In this document: positions 52,357-64,000 of the stretch, one piece after another
Numbering within the stretch: position 1 is the first letter of the stretch
How the letters are laid out: each line of letters begins with the position of its first letter
NCBI GenBank assembly: GCA_964016885.1
Contig: OZ024744.1
Coordinates: 76,756,001-76,820,000, forward strand
Direction: 5' to 3'
Source of the DNA: Eledone cirrhosa
Lineage: Eukaryota
Length of the DNA: 64,000 nt
The notes under the pieces: model-generated
Database searches by the model: none
The model's input: the letters and a program-made list of their open reading frames with translations, nothing else
What the model was told of the DNA's origin: nothing
Program-made: the position numbers and the translations under genes

Positions 52357-53797
52357 ACCGGTTAAATTGCTAGGGTTCTGGTTCGGTCCGGACCTCCAGA
52401 CGGACAAAAATTGGGACGAGGTGACGAGCAGGGTGGCTTCTCTCACCCAGAAATAGGCGGAGAGGAAGCTATCCCTGAAAGGTCGAGCGGAGGTGGCTAA
52501 CGCGTACATCGCGTCCGTCATCTACTACCGCCTGACCGTCGTACCTTTTTCCTAAGCCCCACCTGACTGCGCTGGAGCGTTTGCTCTTTCGCTTTTTGTG
52601 GAAGGGACGCGCTCCGATGGTCAGGCGGTCCATCTGCTGTCAACACCCGCTACGTGGAGGGCTGGGCATGCCGTGGCTGATGATGCGCAGACACGCGCTC
52701 AGGCTACGACATCTCCACCTCTTCCTCGACGGTGATCAGGTGTGGTCGCCGTTTGCTAGACACGTATTTCCACAGCTCGTTTCTTTGACGGAGCTGCAGT
52801 CCTGGGTCAAGCGAAGACAGAGAGGGAGCGCCTGGAGACTGGAATGTCTTCAGGCGCTCACAGCCCTCGACCAATCGGGCAATGTGATCGGTGGAAATTC
52901 CACCTCGGCGTTCTATAGAGGATTAGTGGAGGGGAAGAGCGACGACGTACTTGGGGAAACTCTAGGCGTCGACGAAAATCAACTAGCCAATCTCTTCGGA
53001 AGGACTTTCGGGCCGGGGCCTATGGACAACTTCCAAAAATCTCTGGCCTGGCAGTGTTACCGAGGAGCCTTGCCAGTTCGGGATAAACTCTACAGGCATG
53101 GAGTTGCCGTCAGCCGGGAATTGCCGAGATGCGCGCAGGGCGACGAAACCGTCCTGCACGCACTCGTCCAGTGTCCGAAAATTGCTGACTTGTGGGTTTA
53201 TGTCGAACCCCTGCTGTCGCGTGTAGGACGGATCCGGCTATCATCTGAGTCCATCGTGAGGATTGCCCCGCCCTACTCCTTTAGCCGGGAAGGGCAGGCA
53301 GTTTTTATCCGTCTGGTGGCCATGGCGAAAGAGATAATATGGTGGACACGTTTGAAAGGGCTGAAGACGAGCACTTACCTATTCGGTGATGCCCTGATTG
53401 ACTTTTTCAAATTTCATTTGAAAAGGAAAATCAGAGTAGAGAGGGAAGTGCTTTCTTCCCAGAATTTTGTTGAAAGATGGGTGAGAGAAGCAAGAATGGC
53501 CCGAGTGAATGGGCCTACTCTGAGTATATATCTGTAAATTAAAGGTGGAAAACTGGGAGAGGGCACTTGCCTTGGTGGTCAGGGTCACTGTGGCCTTTTA
53601 CTGGGCTTTCTCCACAAATGTCCCTCCGAAGTCCCCCCCCCCCTATTGGGGAATTTTTCATTGTTATTTTTTTGTTACATCCTCTGTTTTTGTTTTTTAC
53701 ACGCAGAAATGCCCATTTGTACCGTCCTGTATTGTCCTGTACTGTCCTTAATGTCTACTTTATGTAAACCCTTGTGGTTAATAAAGAAAACATTATT
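52357..53797 (+). mobile_element. 5'-truncated Tx1 family A copy
   Basis: Highly similar to 25596-27035. Confidence 0.93.
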
Positions 53798-53853
53798 AAA
53801 CAATTATTATTATTATTATTATTAAAGTAGAAACAATTATTGTTATTATTATT

Positions 53854-54052
53854 GGGCGGTGAATTGGCAGTATCGGTAGAGGGTTGGACGTCATGCTTTC
53901 TAGCATAGAGTTACGTCCCTTTATGGTCTGAGTTCAAATCCCGTCATGGTTAACTTTGCCTTTCATCGTTACGGGGTCGATAAAATAAAGTACCAGTAAT
54001 GCACTGGAAAATTGCTGGCCTTGTGCCAAAAGTAGAAACAATTATTATTATT
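53854..54052 (+). mobile_element. Meta-domain SINE
   Basis: Matches full consensus. Confidence 0.85.
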
Positions 54053-54310
54053 GGGCCTACTCTGAACATGTGCCTATAGGCTGGTTAATTTGAGGTGGAG
54101 ATGGGTGATTTTTCCGGGTGCCCTAAAAACATCAGGTGGTTTAAGATTGGTGGAGTACCTGAGTCAATCCTGGGGGGTTATCCCCCCCCCCCCCCCCCAC
54201 CCCCACCGCTTTTGGGAAACTCTGTATTTTTCTTGTTAATTGTTATTGTTTTTATATTTTTTACTCAGTTTGTTTGTAAACCCCCACTGTCCCTGTCTTT
54301 TGATGTTATT
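54053..54310 (+). mobile_element. Tx1 3' UTR fragment (family B-like)
   Basis: gggcctactctga..gcctataggct...gtaaacccccactgtccctgtctttt, similar to 31855-32100. Confidence 0.7.
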
Positions 54311-54311
54311 T

Positions 54312-57300
54312 AACTGGAAAGTTTGTTGAATTGAATATCAAGCGACTACCTGCAACCTCAGATATTCTGGACGTATCGGAGGGTTCTTGCTGTTCCCAGC
54401 AAGCATGCCTTTTGAAGTGTTCCAAAAAGCGGGGCTGGACTAATTTTCTTTAGCCATCCTTGGAAACACCTTGAGATAGTACCTAGTGCGCCTATGACAA
54501 TCGGGACTACTCTGACATCGTGGTTATTATTATTATTTATTATTATTATAGAGAATTAGTGGAGGGGAAGAGCGACGACGTACTTGGGGAAAATCTAGGC
54601 CTCGACTCTGGCTTATGCTTATACCACTTCTCAGAATGTGGTAAATTGTTTACTTTGCATAGGTGCCAGTGGATCACCCTGTCCATCACATCATGTCTCC
54701 AGCCCTTATAGTGACTCTGGGCTAGGTGTTTACACTCGGATACAATGTGAGCCACAGTCTTCTCTCTCTCTCCACAGATCCTGCACAGTGGGCTAGCCTC
54801 CTCCTTGTAAATATGGTGTTTCAACCACTTCGTTTTGAGGGCCTGCTCTTGCGCAGCCATTAACATTCCTTCTGTAGCCTTTTTAAGGTCTCCTCTTTTC
54901 AACCAGTTCCATGTCTGTGGATCTCTGAATTCAGTTTTCTCAAAGAAGGTACTATGAAGGGATTTTTCATGAAGGCTGCTCTTTCTCCTTGTTGTTATTT
55001 CCTCCTTGGACATCCCCTGGTCTATTGTCCTCTCCTTCAGTACAATTCTGAGCATTGGCTCCTTACTATCAGTCACGTATTTGTGTAGGTTGTTTTTCTC
55101 CATCTCAACACAGTCCTCTATGCTGATAAGACATCTTCCACCTTCAGATCTCCTTAAGTAGAGTCTATCGACATCACTCCTCTCGTGGAACATGTTGTAG
55201 ATAGTCAATAGCTTCCTAGTCTTCCTATCCATTTCTTTTTGTTCAGCAACATTCCATCTCAGAATTCCCGCACTGTACCTAATAATAGACACAGCTCGGG
55301 AATTTACTGCATTTATGGCATTCCTACTGTTCAGATGTGACTTTAATACGCTCCTTACTCTCCGAATGTATTCAGATCTTATCAATTCCTTCATTTTTTT
55401 GTTCTTGATGTCATCAGCCTCCAGAACACCCAAATACTTGTATCCTTCTTCAGTGTCAATTTCCTTTATCATCTCACCTGTTGTTACCTGGATTCCGTTG
55501 CTTCTGCTCAATTTACCCCTCTTCATCACAAGAATTCCACACTTACTAATACCAAATTGCATACATATATCATTGCTGAAAATACGGACAGTGTCAACAA
55601 GCACATCCAACTCCTTCTCACTCTTCCCGAAGAGCTTAAGATCGTCCATGAAGAGGAGGTGATTGATAGTAAGCTCTCCCTTTCCCAACTTGTATCCTGC
55701 TCTCACTTTTCGCAGTATAATGGTCAGGGGCATCAGGGCAAGGACAAACAACAGAGGGGACAGACTATCTCCCTGGAAGATACCTCTCTTTAACTTCACG
55801 CCTCCCAAGGATTCTCCAGCTGATGTTAACTCTGTTTTCCAGGACTTCATACTTTTGCCCAACAACTGTCTGATATTATCTGCCACCTTGAAGATCGCTA
55901 GGCTTTTGGTGATCCAAGAATGAGGCACCATATCAAATGCCTTTTTGTAGTCTATCCATCCCATGGCAAGACCAGTGTGTCTCCTCTTGCAATTCCTCAT
56001 TGCCATCTTATAAATAAGTAACTGGTCCTTTGTACCACGGGACTTCTTTCGGCATCCTTTCTGTTCGTCCGGTAACAAGTTGTTTGTGTGGAGGTGATGG
56101 TATATTTCCTCAGACATAATGCTTGTCAACAGTTTCCACATTACGGACAGGCATGTGATAGGCCTATAGTTGGTAACATCATTACCCTTGATTCGGTCTT
56201 TCATTACCAGAACTGTGGTACCTTTTGTCAACCACTCTGGTACCTCACCTGACATCAAGCAGTCATTGAACATGGTTGTCAGTTTCGGGTGGAGAGATGT
56301 TATATTTTTAATCTAATCCCCCTGCACACCATCTGGGCCTGGTGATTTCCAGTTGGTTAGTTTTTTGGCCTGCCCCTTAAGAGTTTCAACTGTGATACTC
56401 AAATCAGTTTGTTGGTGTGCCTGTTCACTAATCTCTTTTTGTACTATCTCAATCCACACTGCCTGGTCATTATGTTTAACATCCTGCTCACATATTCCTC
56501 TCCAGAATGTCTTAGCTTGTTCCGCATCAGGGATCAAGTCGTTGCCTCTTTCTTTCCCTTCAAGCTGTCCAAACAGCATCTTCTGGTTGTTGTCAAACAT
56601 GCGGTTCTGTCTATACTGACTGACTCTGCTATCGCATCGCCTAATTTTTGCACTCTTTGCTACAATGCGTTGCTTCAGTTCCTCTATGATAATATTTAAT
56701 TTTTTCCTCCTAGTTTTGTACTTTATTTTCAGTCTATTTTTAGTATCTATGTTTTTTAGTGTCCCATTCAGTAGGGACTCAAGCTTTCCAATGTCATTTC
56801 TCATTTCCCTGATTTGGCCACTCAGTCGTTTCTTCCACCAAGGCTCGGCTCTTTCTTGTCTGTTGTTTCCTCTCGCTTTTATACCAAGTAGTTTCCTCAC
56901 CACATTTGCTGTTGCTTTGAGGATATTGTTGCACTGGTGAAGGCTCCTCGCCCCAAGGTATCGGATGGCTTTGTTTACCTTAGCTGTTGTTTCTTTTAAC
57001 TTTTTCCTGTCTACAAATCTTAGGTTCATAGGTTTCCCACTATCATTGTTCAATTCATCTACCACTAAGTTTAGGATATCAACCAAATCTTGTCCTAGCC
57101 CGTCAGCATTCATCAACTTAATGGCCGTATCTTTGTTCCAGGTATTATTTATTTCAGCATTCAGATCATTGTCTGCTTCGGATGGTTCCTCCGTTCTCTC
57201 AACCTCTTCACCTTCATTTCCCACTGGCTCGTTTGCCTGGCATACTCCACTCTCCATTTCCAACCTAATATCTCTGCTCAGTTCCTCCAGTTCCAGCTCG

Positions 57301-57645
57301 CTTATCCATCCATTAGTTCTTATTACCCGAGCCTGCCCGGCCAATTTTTGTTCATCTAATTTAAATAGACCCATCTCGTTCCAGATGTTATGCATCCGTT
57401 TCCTATAGCCTTTCTCCTTGGGGTTACTCTTCAGGTAACATTACATAACAGTTCTATTCAATTCTTTCGTCCAGTTGGTTCTGGTCCCTTTCCTTCTTCT
57501 TCTTCCTCCGACACCAGCAGTATTTGGTTGACAGCCAGGTCCCTGCTGCTGAGCCAGGGAGCACCTGCTGGGTGAGAGTCTATCACATGACATTCCAGTC
57601 TCCACTTCACCGTTATTCGAACTGTTTAGGTTCGACATTTAAACA
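54312..57645 (-). mobile_element. R4/Dong-like non-LTR retrotransposon (RT, CCHC, RLE), near full length
   Basis: NWKSPGPDG, YRPITCL, EQKGC, IDYKKAFD, GIFQGDSLSP, LFMDDLK, YKYLG, CRIC..HIVSEC, RHD; (TAA)n at the 5' side; stop at ~56313, frameshift at ~57400. Confidence 0.92.
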
Positions 57646-57667
57646 TTATTATTATTATTATTATTGT

Positions 57668-58257
57668 TCTTTGAGTCTCAGTCATTGATGTTAGGTAACT
57701 GGAAAGTTTGTTGAAATGAATATCAAGCCACTACCTGCAGCCTCAGATATTCAGGACGTATCGGAGGGTTCTTGCTGTTCCCAGCAAGCATGCCTTTTGA
57801 AGCGTTCCAAAAAGCGTGGCGGGACCAATTTTCTTTAACCATCCTGGAAACATTTTGAGATAGTACCTAGTGCGCTTATGACAATCGGGACCACTTTGAC
57901 TTCATGGCAGTTCCAAATCCTTTTTACCTCCCACTTTAAGTCCTGGTATCGGTTAATTTTCTCCCTCCCCTTCTCTTGCACTCTCGTGTCGAATGGGCAG
58001 GTCACATCCACAATCAGGCACGATCTTTTTTCCTTGTCCAAAACCACCAGGTCAGGTCTATTGTGTTCCAGTTTCTTGTCCGTCTGTATCTTAAAATCCA
58101 ACAGCACCTTCACCTGATCGTTTTCTATCACCGACTCTGGCTTATGCTCTACCACTTCTCAGAATGTGGTAAATTGTTTACTTTGCATAGGTGCCAGTGG
58201 ATCACCCTTCCCATCACATCATGTCTCCAGCCCTTATAGTGAGTCTGGGCTAGGTGT
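57668..58257 (-). mobile_element. 3' end of a second, tandem Dong-like copy (RLE domain)
   Basis: DFKIQTD..NRPDLVV..IVDVTCP..EKINRYQDL; 3' UTR runs into (TAA)n. Confidence 0.88.
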
Positions 58258-61058
58258 TTCAACCAAAATGAACTCTTCCACACCGAACACCACTGACGCC
58301 ACCACCACCACAACTGAAACTAAAATTAATAACAAAAATAACGATAACAACAACAGCAACAATGACATTAAGAAAACCACCCTGAGTTTTGCCAGAGTAG
58401 CAAAACAGTGCGAAGCATTTCAGGTAGCTCAGGAGGAATTAGAAGAAGCCAAAAAAATGGTAAAGAAAGATGGGTACAGGGTCAGCCTCACCCTCCACCC
58501 ACCACCCCACCTAATAAAATGGAGCATCGGCACCTATGCACCGTGTCTTATCGAACAATTAACATAAAATCGCGCCGAGTGGAACCGGCATCCGAGTCCC
58601 AAATCCCAAAAGCTTTGGGACATGTGTGGGCAAACAAAACCCACATCAGACGTGGGCAGAAGTATGGAACGGTGGACGTGTTCTTTGAAACACCAGAGGA
58701 GGCTAGAGCACACTCCATGGCCCCATTAAGAAGTGACGACTTCACACTCGTCCCAAGCTATTGTCGCCAGAGACTCGTAAAGATCAGGGTCACCCACGTT
58801 CCACCGGCCATCGAAATTCCCTGGCTAATAGCTGCCGTCCTCGCCGGCATCGAAGCCAACACCAAGATAATCGAAATAGCGAAAGAAAAGCAGGAGAACT
58901 GGTCCGGATCTGGGATGGAGCTCCTGATCCAAGCGGACCAAAAAAGCATTGAGGAGATCTCAGAGGTAATAGACCTCACTGACGGCAGCCACCTCACCGT
59001 AATTGTCGAGAGCAGAAGGCCTAGGTGTGTCGTTTGTGGTGAAGGAACGACCGCAGCAACAGTAGCAAAACCAACACCACCACCACCCAACCCGCCAGAA
59101 CTAGCACCAGCGCCTACACCATCCACCACGCCACAACCAAAACTAACGCCTGTGGAGGATTTTCCACTCCCCGGCCTATCACAACTGGAGACAAATTGTG
59201 ACGATGAGGAGTGGGAAACAGTATCAGGAAAAAAGAAAAAGAAACCAAAAAAGAAAAAATTCTCTTCCTTCCCCCTCCAAAAACAAAATACAGAGGGAAA
59301 CAAATAAACTATCAAACAAAAAAGTTAGGACAGATATGCCACCATCCACACCAGCATCACCAACCCCATCACCCCAAACACCAACGCCATCACCATCATT
59401 AACCCCAACACCACCATCACCTACACCACAAAAGTCACCAAAAAGCGAAACAGAAACAAACCCACAACAAACGCAAACAAAACAAAACAACCAAAACGAT
59501 ACACACTACACAGCATTAAATTTGAACAACAACCAATTATTACACTACATCCAACACAAGACAAGCATCACAGAAAAAGACTGCACAACAACCCAAAAGT
59601 TCACACCACCTCCACACATACAAATCACTCGCATCACACAGAAAACGTACATGACACTAAAACAAAAATTCCCCAAAGACATCGGAGACTTCCAACAAGC
59701 ACACTCCAGGAAGATTTATAAGGACATCCTTCCTGAGGAGGCTACAAGCAGTGAAAAGGATGGAGAAACCGTCCTTCCTCTACGAGAAGTAAGGTAAGTG
59801 GTCTTTCCCATCTTTTCCACTCCATTTCAACATGACCTCACTCAGAATAGGCAGCATAAATGCGCGTGTCTTGGGGTCGTCGTGGAAGCAGGGCCACCTG
59901 CTCAACGACCTCAGTTCACTAAACATAGATGTAGTGGCCATCAGCGAGACCAGAATCTCCGAAGCACGGGCCTTCGTACCGATCTTCGGCAGCTACGATG
60001 TGTACGCATCTCCCAGCCGTCCGGGATCGGGGGAGGAGTTGCTGTGCTTTTTCGGAGACGTTTGAATCTTGCCATACGGGCCATCTTCCTGGACCCAGAA
60101 GGTAAGTTGGTGGTGCTGGACGTGACCAGCGGAGACGGGCAAGCTTTCAGGCTAGTGGCCGTCTATGCGCCGACAGGAGCAGGGCGGCTTGATTTCTTCC
60201 GGCGTCTGGAGACCTTTCTTGGAACGTCCCGCTCTTTAGTGTTAGTAGGCAACTGGAACAGGATGTTAGATGCACGCTGGGACTGTGTGGAATTAGTGGA
60301 TAGGGGAGGAGCGTGCAAGAGTCTCCCCAACCTACTCAGGCATTTTGAACTGTCTGACAGGTACCGATTGGATTTCCCGAATGTGCCAATGTGGACTTGG
60401 ACAAATCGCATAGGGTCATCCAGATCATATCTAGATAGAGTATTTTGTAGGGAAATAGATAGGTCTAGCAAAGGCTGTCCACCAATTCAAGATAGTCAGC
60501 TACACGGACCACAAATTCGTGATCTGTGTGCTTGACTTAGATAGGCTTCATAGACGAGGACCCGGTACTGGAAGCTAAACGCGTCCTTACCAACGCGCAA
60601 GGCCTACAGAGACCGGATTAGCGAACTAGTTAAGCGAGCGTTGACGGGGGCCATCGTCAACAACAAGTAGTGGTTTGCTCTGAAAAGAGCAATTAGAATA
60701 GAGTCCATTAGGATTAGTAAGGCTTTAGCAATAGAGAAAAATAGAGCAGATGGAGCATTAGTTAGAAAATTAGACGAGGCGCTTAGCAAAGGCATCGCGA
60801 CCGACGTACTTGCGGCGAAATTGGCCCTTGACCAATTCTTCAATGCAAAGCACGAAGGCTGCGTTGTCAGTGCTAGGGTGCGTGCTCTCAGACACGAGGG
60901 GACGAAAGCCGTTCAATGGGCCCGTGTGGCGGAGGCGCGTCGTGGCAACAAAGCCACGATCCGGTCTTTGGTGGACTACGACGGGCGCATGCTACTCGAT
61001 CCCGGGAAAATGTGTGAAGCTTTTCAGCGACACTTCGCACAGCTGTTCGGGGGCAGCG
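58258..61058 (+). mobile_element. Tx1 family A fragment (ORF1 and endonuclease region)
   Basis: Highly similar to 21939-24605 with different deletions. Confidence 0.9.
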
Positions 61059-61059
61059 G

Positions 61060-64000
61060 CAAAAAATCGTGAGAGTCAAACTGACCCCCTCCTCCCGGAT
61101 GGCCCCTTATTGGTTGGCCGCATCTGTCCTCGTCAGAATCGAGGACAAAACAACTGTACTGCAAGTACATAAAAAAGTACGAGAAGATTGGGTCGGCACA
61201 TCCATTGAGATGTTAATCCAAACCAACCAGGAGTGCATCTAAGCTATCCCGGATGTGATAGACTTCGATAACGGCACTCAACTGCCCATAAGGGTTGAGG
61301 GGCAAACGCCCGAAATGCTTTCGCTGTGGATCGAAGACTCACCTCAGGGCCTTCTGCAATGAGAAGACCCTGAGAAAGGAGAAAACCCCCCTCCTTCCGA
61401 AACCGGCTCCACTGCTACCAGCAATAGGACAGGCGGCAAGCAGGAAGGATAGGTCCGTGGCACCGATAGCAACGCCACGGAAATCAAGAATAGCAGCAGC
61501 AGTGGAAATATTAACAACAACAACAGCAATAACAACTGCAGCTGAAACAGAGACTCCACTGCAATCATCACCAACAACAACAAGTGAAAGAGTGGAGCTG
61601 GCACCCCTCCCCGACCTCACAGAATTGGACATGGAGTGTGAGGTGGGAGAGAGATGGCAAAAAGTCGCAAGAAGGCACAAAAGCAGAAGCACTGCATCGT
61701 CGCCTTCGAAAAGGGAGGAAAGAAATGAAAAAAGGGTAAAGGCTATTGCAAAGAGACTTACAGCAACAGCAGCACCAACACCATCACCACCCACACTAGC
61801 ACCATCATCACCACCGGCGGCAACCCCACTGCAAACAACAACAACACCTTCAACACCACCACCACAAGCACCAACATCGCAAACACAACAACAAAACACA
61901 CACCCAGCAACAACGACAAGAAAATAGCAGAACCACACCCCACCCCCAGAAAAAGAAATGCACAGCAATAAATACACACAAGAAACTAATGACTTACATA
62001 ATTGAACACACAGACATTTCACAGCACGACTACATAATACCAGCACCAATCAAAACACCAACGAACATAAGACTGGTAAGAATATCACAGAAACAATACG
62101 CAAACATTAAAATGAAATTCCCCAACACAGTTGGTGATTTCAGAGACCTAGGAGGCACACTCAACCGGAGAGTATACTCGGATATACTCACAGAAGAGCC
62201 GACGACCAGCCGAAGGGACGATTCAACGGTCCTTTCACCAGACGATCAAGGTAAGTGTTCCTTTCTCACTTACCCCGTTCCTCACCCAACATGACCGTAT
62301 TCAGGATCGGAAGTGTAAACGTGCGTGGCTTCAGCTCGGTTTGGAAGCAGGGTCACTTGCTTAACGACCTCAGGTCACTAAACATAGATGTGGTGGCATC
62401 AGCGAGACGAGAATCTCCGAAACGCAAGCTTTCGCACCGATCTTCGACGGTTACGAGGTGTATGCCTCTCCGAGCCGTCCGGGAGCGGGGGGCGTAGTGG
62501 CTGTGTTGTTTAGGGAAGGCTTGGGTCTCGCCATACGGACCATCCTCCTGAACCCAGAAGGTAAGTCGGTGGTGCTGGACTTAAGCGGCACCGAAGGCAA
62601 CGCTTTCAGGCTAGTAGCCGTCTATGCCCCAATAGGGGCAGGACGGCCAGATTTCTTCAGACGTCTAGAGACCTTTCTTGGAACGTCCCGCTCTTTAGTG
62701 TTAGTGGGCGACTGGAACGGTATCTTGGATGCACGTTGGGATTGTGTGGGGCTAGTGGATAGGGGAGGAGGGTTCAAGAGCCCACCAACCTGCTCAGACG
62801 TTTTGAACTGTCTGGCAGGTATCGACTGGATCACCTGAATGTGCCAATGTGGACATGGACAAACCGCATCGGGTCGTCCAGATCGTATCTCGATAGGGTA
62901 TTCTGCAGAGAACTAGATAAGGCTAGTATAAGTTGTCCACAATTTAAAATAGTCGACTAGACAGACCCCAAATTTGTGATCTGTGAGATCGACATAGACA
63001 GACTTCATAGACAAGGGACTGGTTACTGGAAGCTGAATACGTCTTTCCCGGTGCGCAAAGCCTACAGAGACCGGATTAGCGTATTAGTTAAGCGGACTTT
63101 GACGGGTGCGGTCGTCAACAACAGGTGGTTTTTCGCCCTGAAAAAGGCAATTAAAGTAGAGTCGATTAGGTTTAGCAAAGGACTAGTGATAGAGGAAAAA
63201 AGAGTAGAGGGAGAGCTAGTCAGAAAGCTAGAAGAGGCGTTTAGGACAGGCATCGCAACCGACGTGCTTGCGGCGAGATTGACACTCGACCAATTCTTCA
63301 ACGCAAAACGCGAATGCTGCATTGTCAGAGCTAGAGCGCGTGCTCTGAAACACGAGGGGACAAAAGCCGTCCAATGGGCTCGGGTGGCAGAGGCGCGACG
63401 TGGCAATAAAGCCACAATGCGGTCTTTATCTGACCAAAACGAGCGCGTGTTGCTCGAACCCGAGCAGATGTGTGAAGCTTTTCAGCAGCACTTTGCTGAA
63501 CTGTTCGGGAGCACCGGCGGGCCGGGGCGGGGTATGGATTTCAGTGCATACCTCGACGGACTGCCTCGGCTCTCGACGACCGCAGCACAGTGTTGCGGAA
63601 AGCCAATAACACCCAGTGAAATACGGGAAGCGATGGCTAACTGCACGAGGGGTAAATCGCCAGGTTTGGATGGTCTGTCCTAAGAGCTTTGTGCATTTAT
63701 GCCAGACTTGTTCGGTGACCTCTTGGCAGACGTCTACTGCAACTGGCAGCAGAACGGGAGCATTCCCAGTTTTGTGAGCCCGGGAGCGGTGGCGCTGCTG
63801 AGAAAAGACCCGAACAAGGGGGATGTTATCGATAACTTCAGGCCCATAACTCTGCTAAACCCAGAGTTCAAGATTTTGGCCAAGGTGTTAGCAACGAGGT
63901 TAGCGCTTGTCGTCAATGGTCGGGTGGGAGAGGCGCAGACATGCGCCATTCCGGACAGATCCATACACGACAACCTCCATCTCATGCAATACATCATAGA
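61060..64000 (+). mobile_element. Tx1 family C (ORF1 3' part, ORF2 from 62291), runs off window
   Basis: Zinc knuckle CFRCGSKTHLRAFC; SVNVRGF, VYAP, GDWN, GYWKLN, KSPGLDGL, NFRPITLLN. Confidence 0.9.

Overview
This is a repeat-dominated animal genomic window with no confidently identifiable host gene. The SINE, RTE and microsatellite make-up resembles an octopus or other cephalopod, which is an inference. It contains decayed non-LTR retrotransposons: RTE, at least three Tx1/L1-clade families and an R4/Dong-like RLE element. It also holds Penelope-like elements (a near-full-length Naiad-like copy and a truncated Neptune-like copy), Helitron remnants, many tRNA-derived Meta-domain SINEs and long microsatellites. 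The main signal the ORF track misses is about 18 minimal type-I hammerhead ribozyme (HHR) motifs from more than 10 unrelated sequence families. They sit in short non-coding, often fold-back elements nested in (TA)n arrays. One has two HHRs 524 nt apart (a retrozyme or circular-RNA candidate), one family has a recurrent CAGAAGA core, and several have U-U at the base of stem II. Separately, all four Tx1 ORF2 starts seen have a GTAAGT splice-donor consensus 37-40 nt upstream. Everything was read by eye, so boundaries are approximate.
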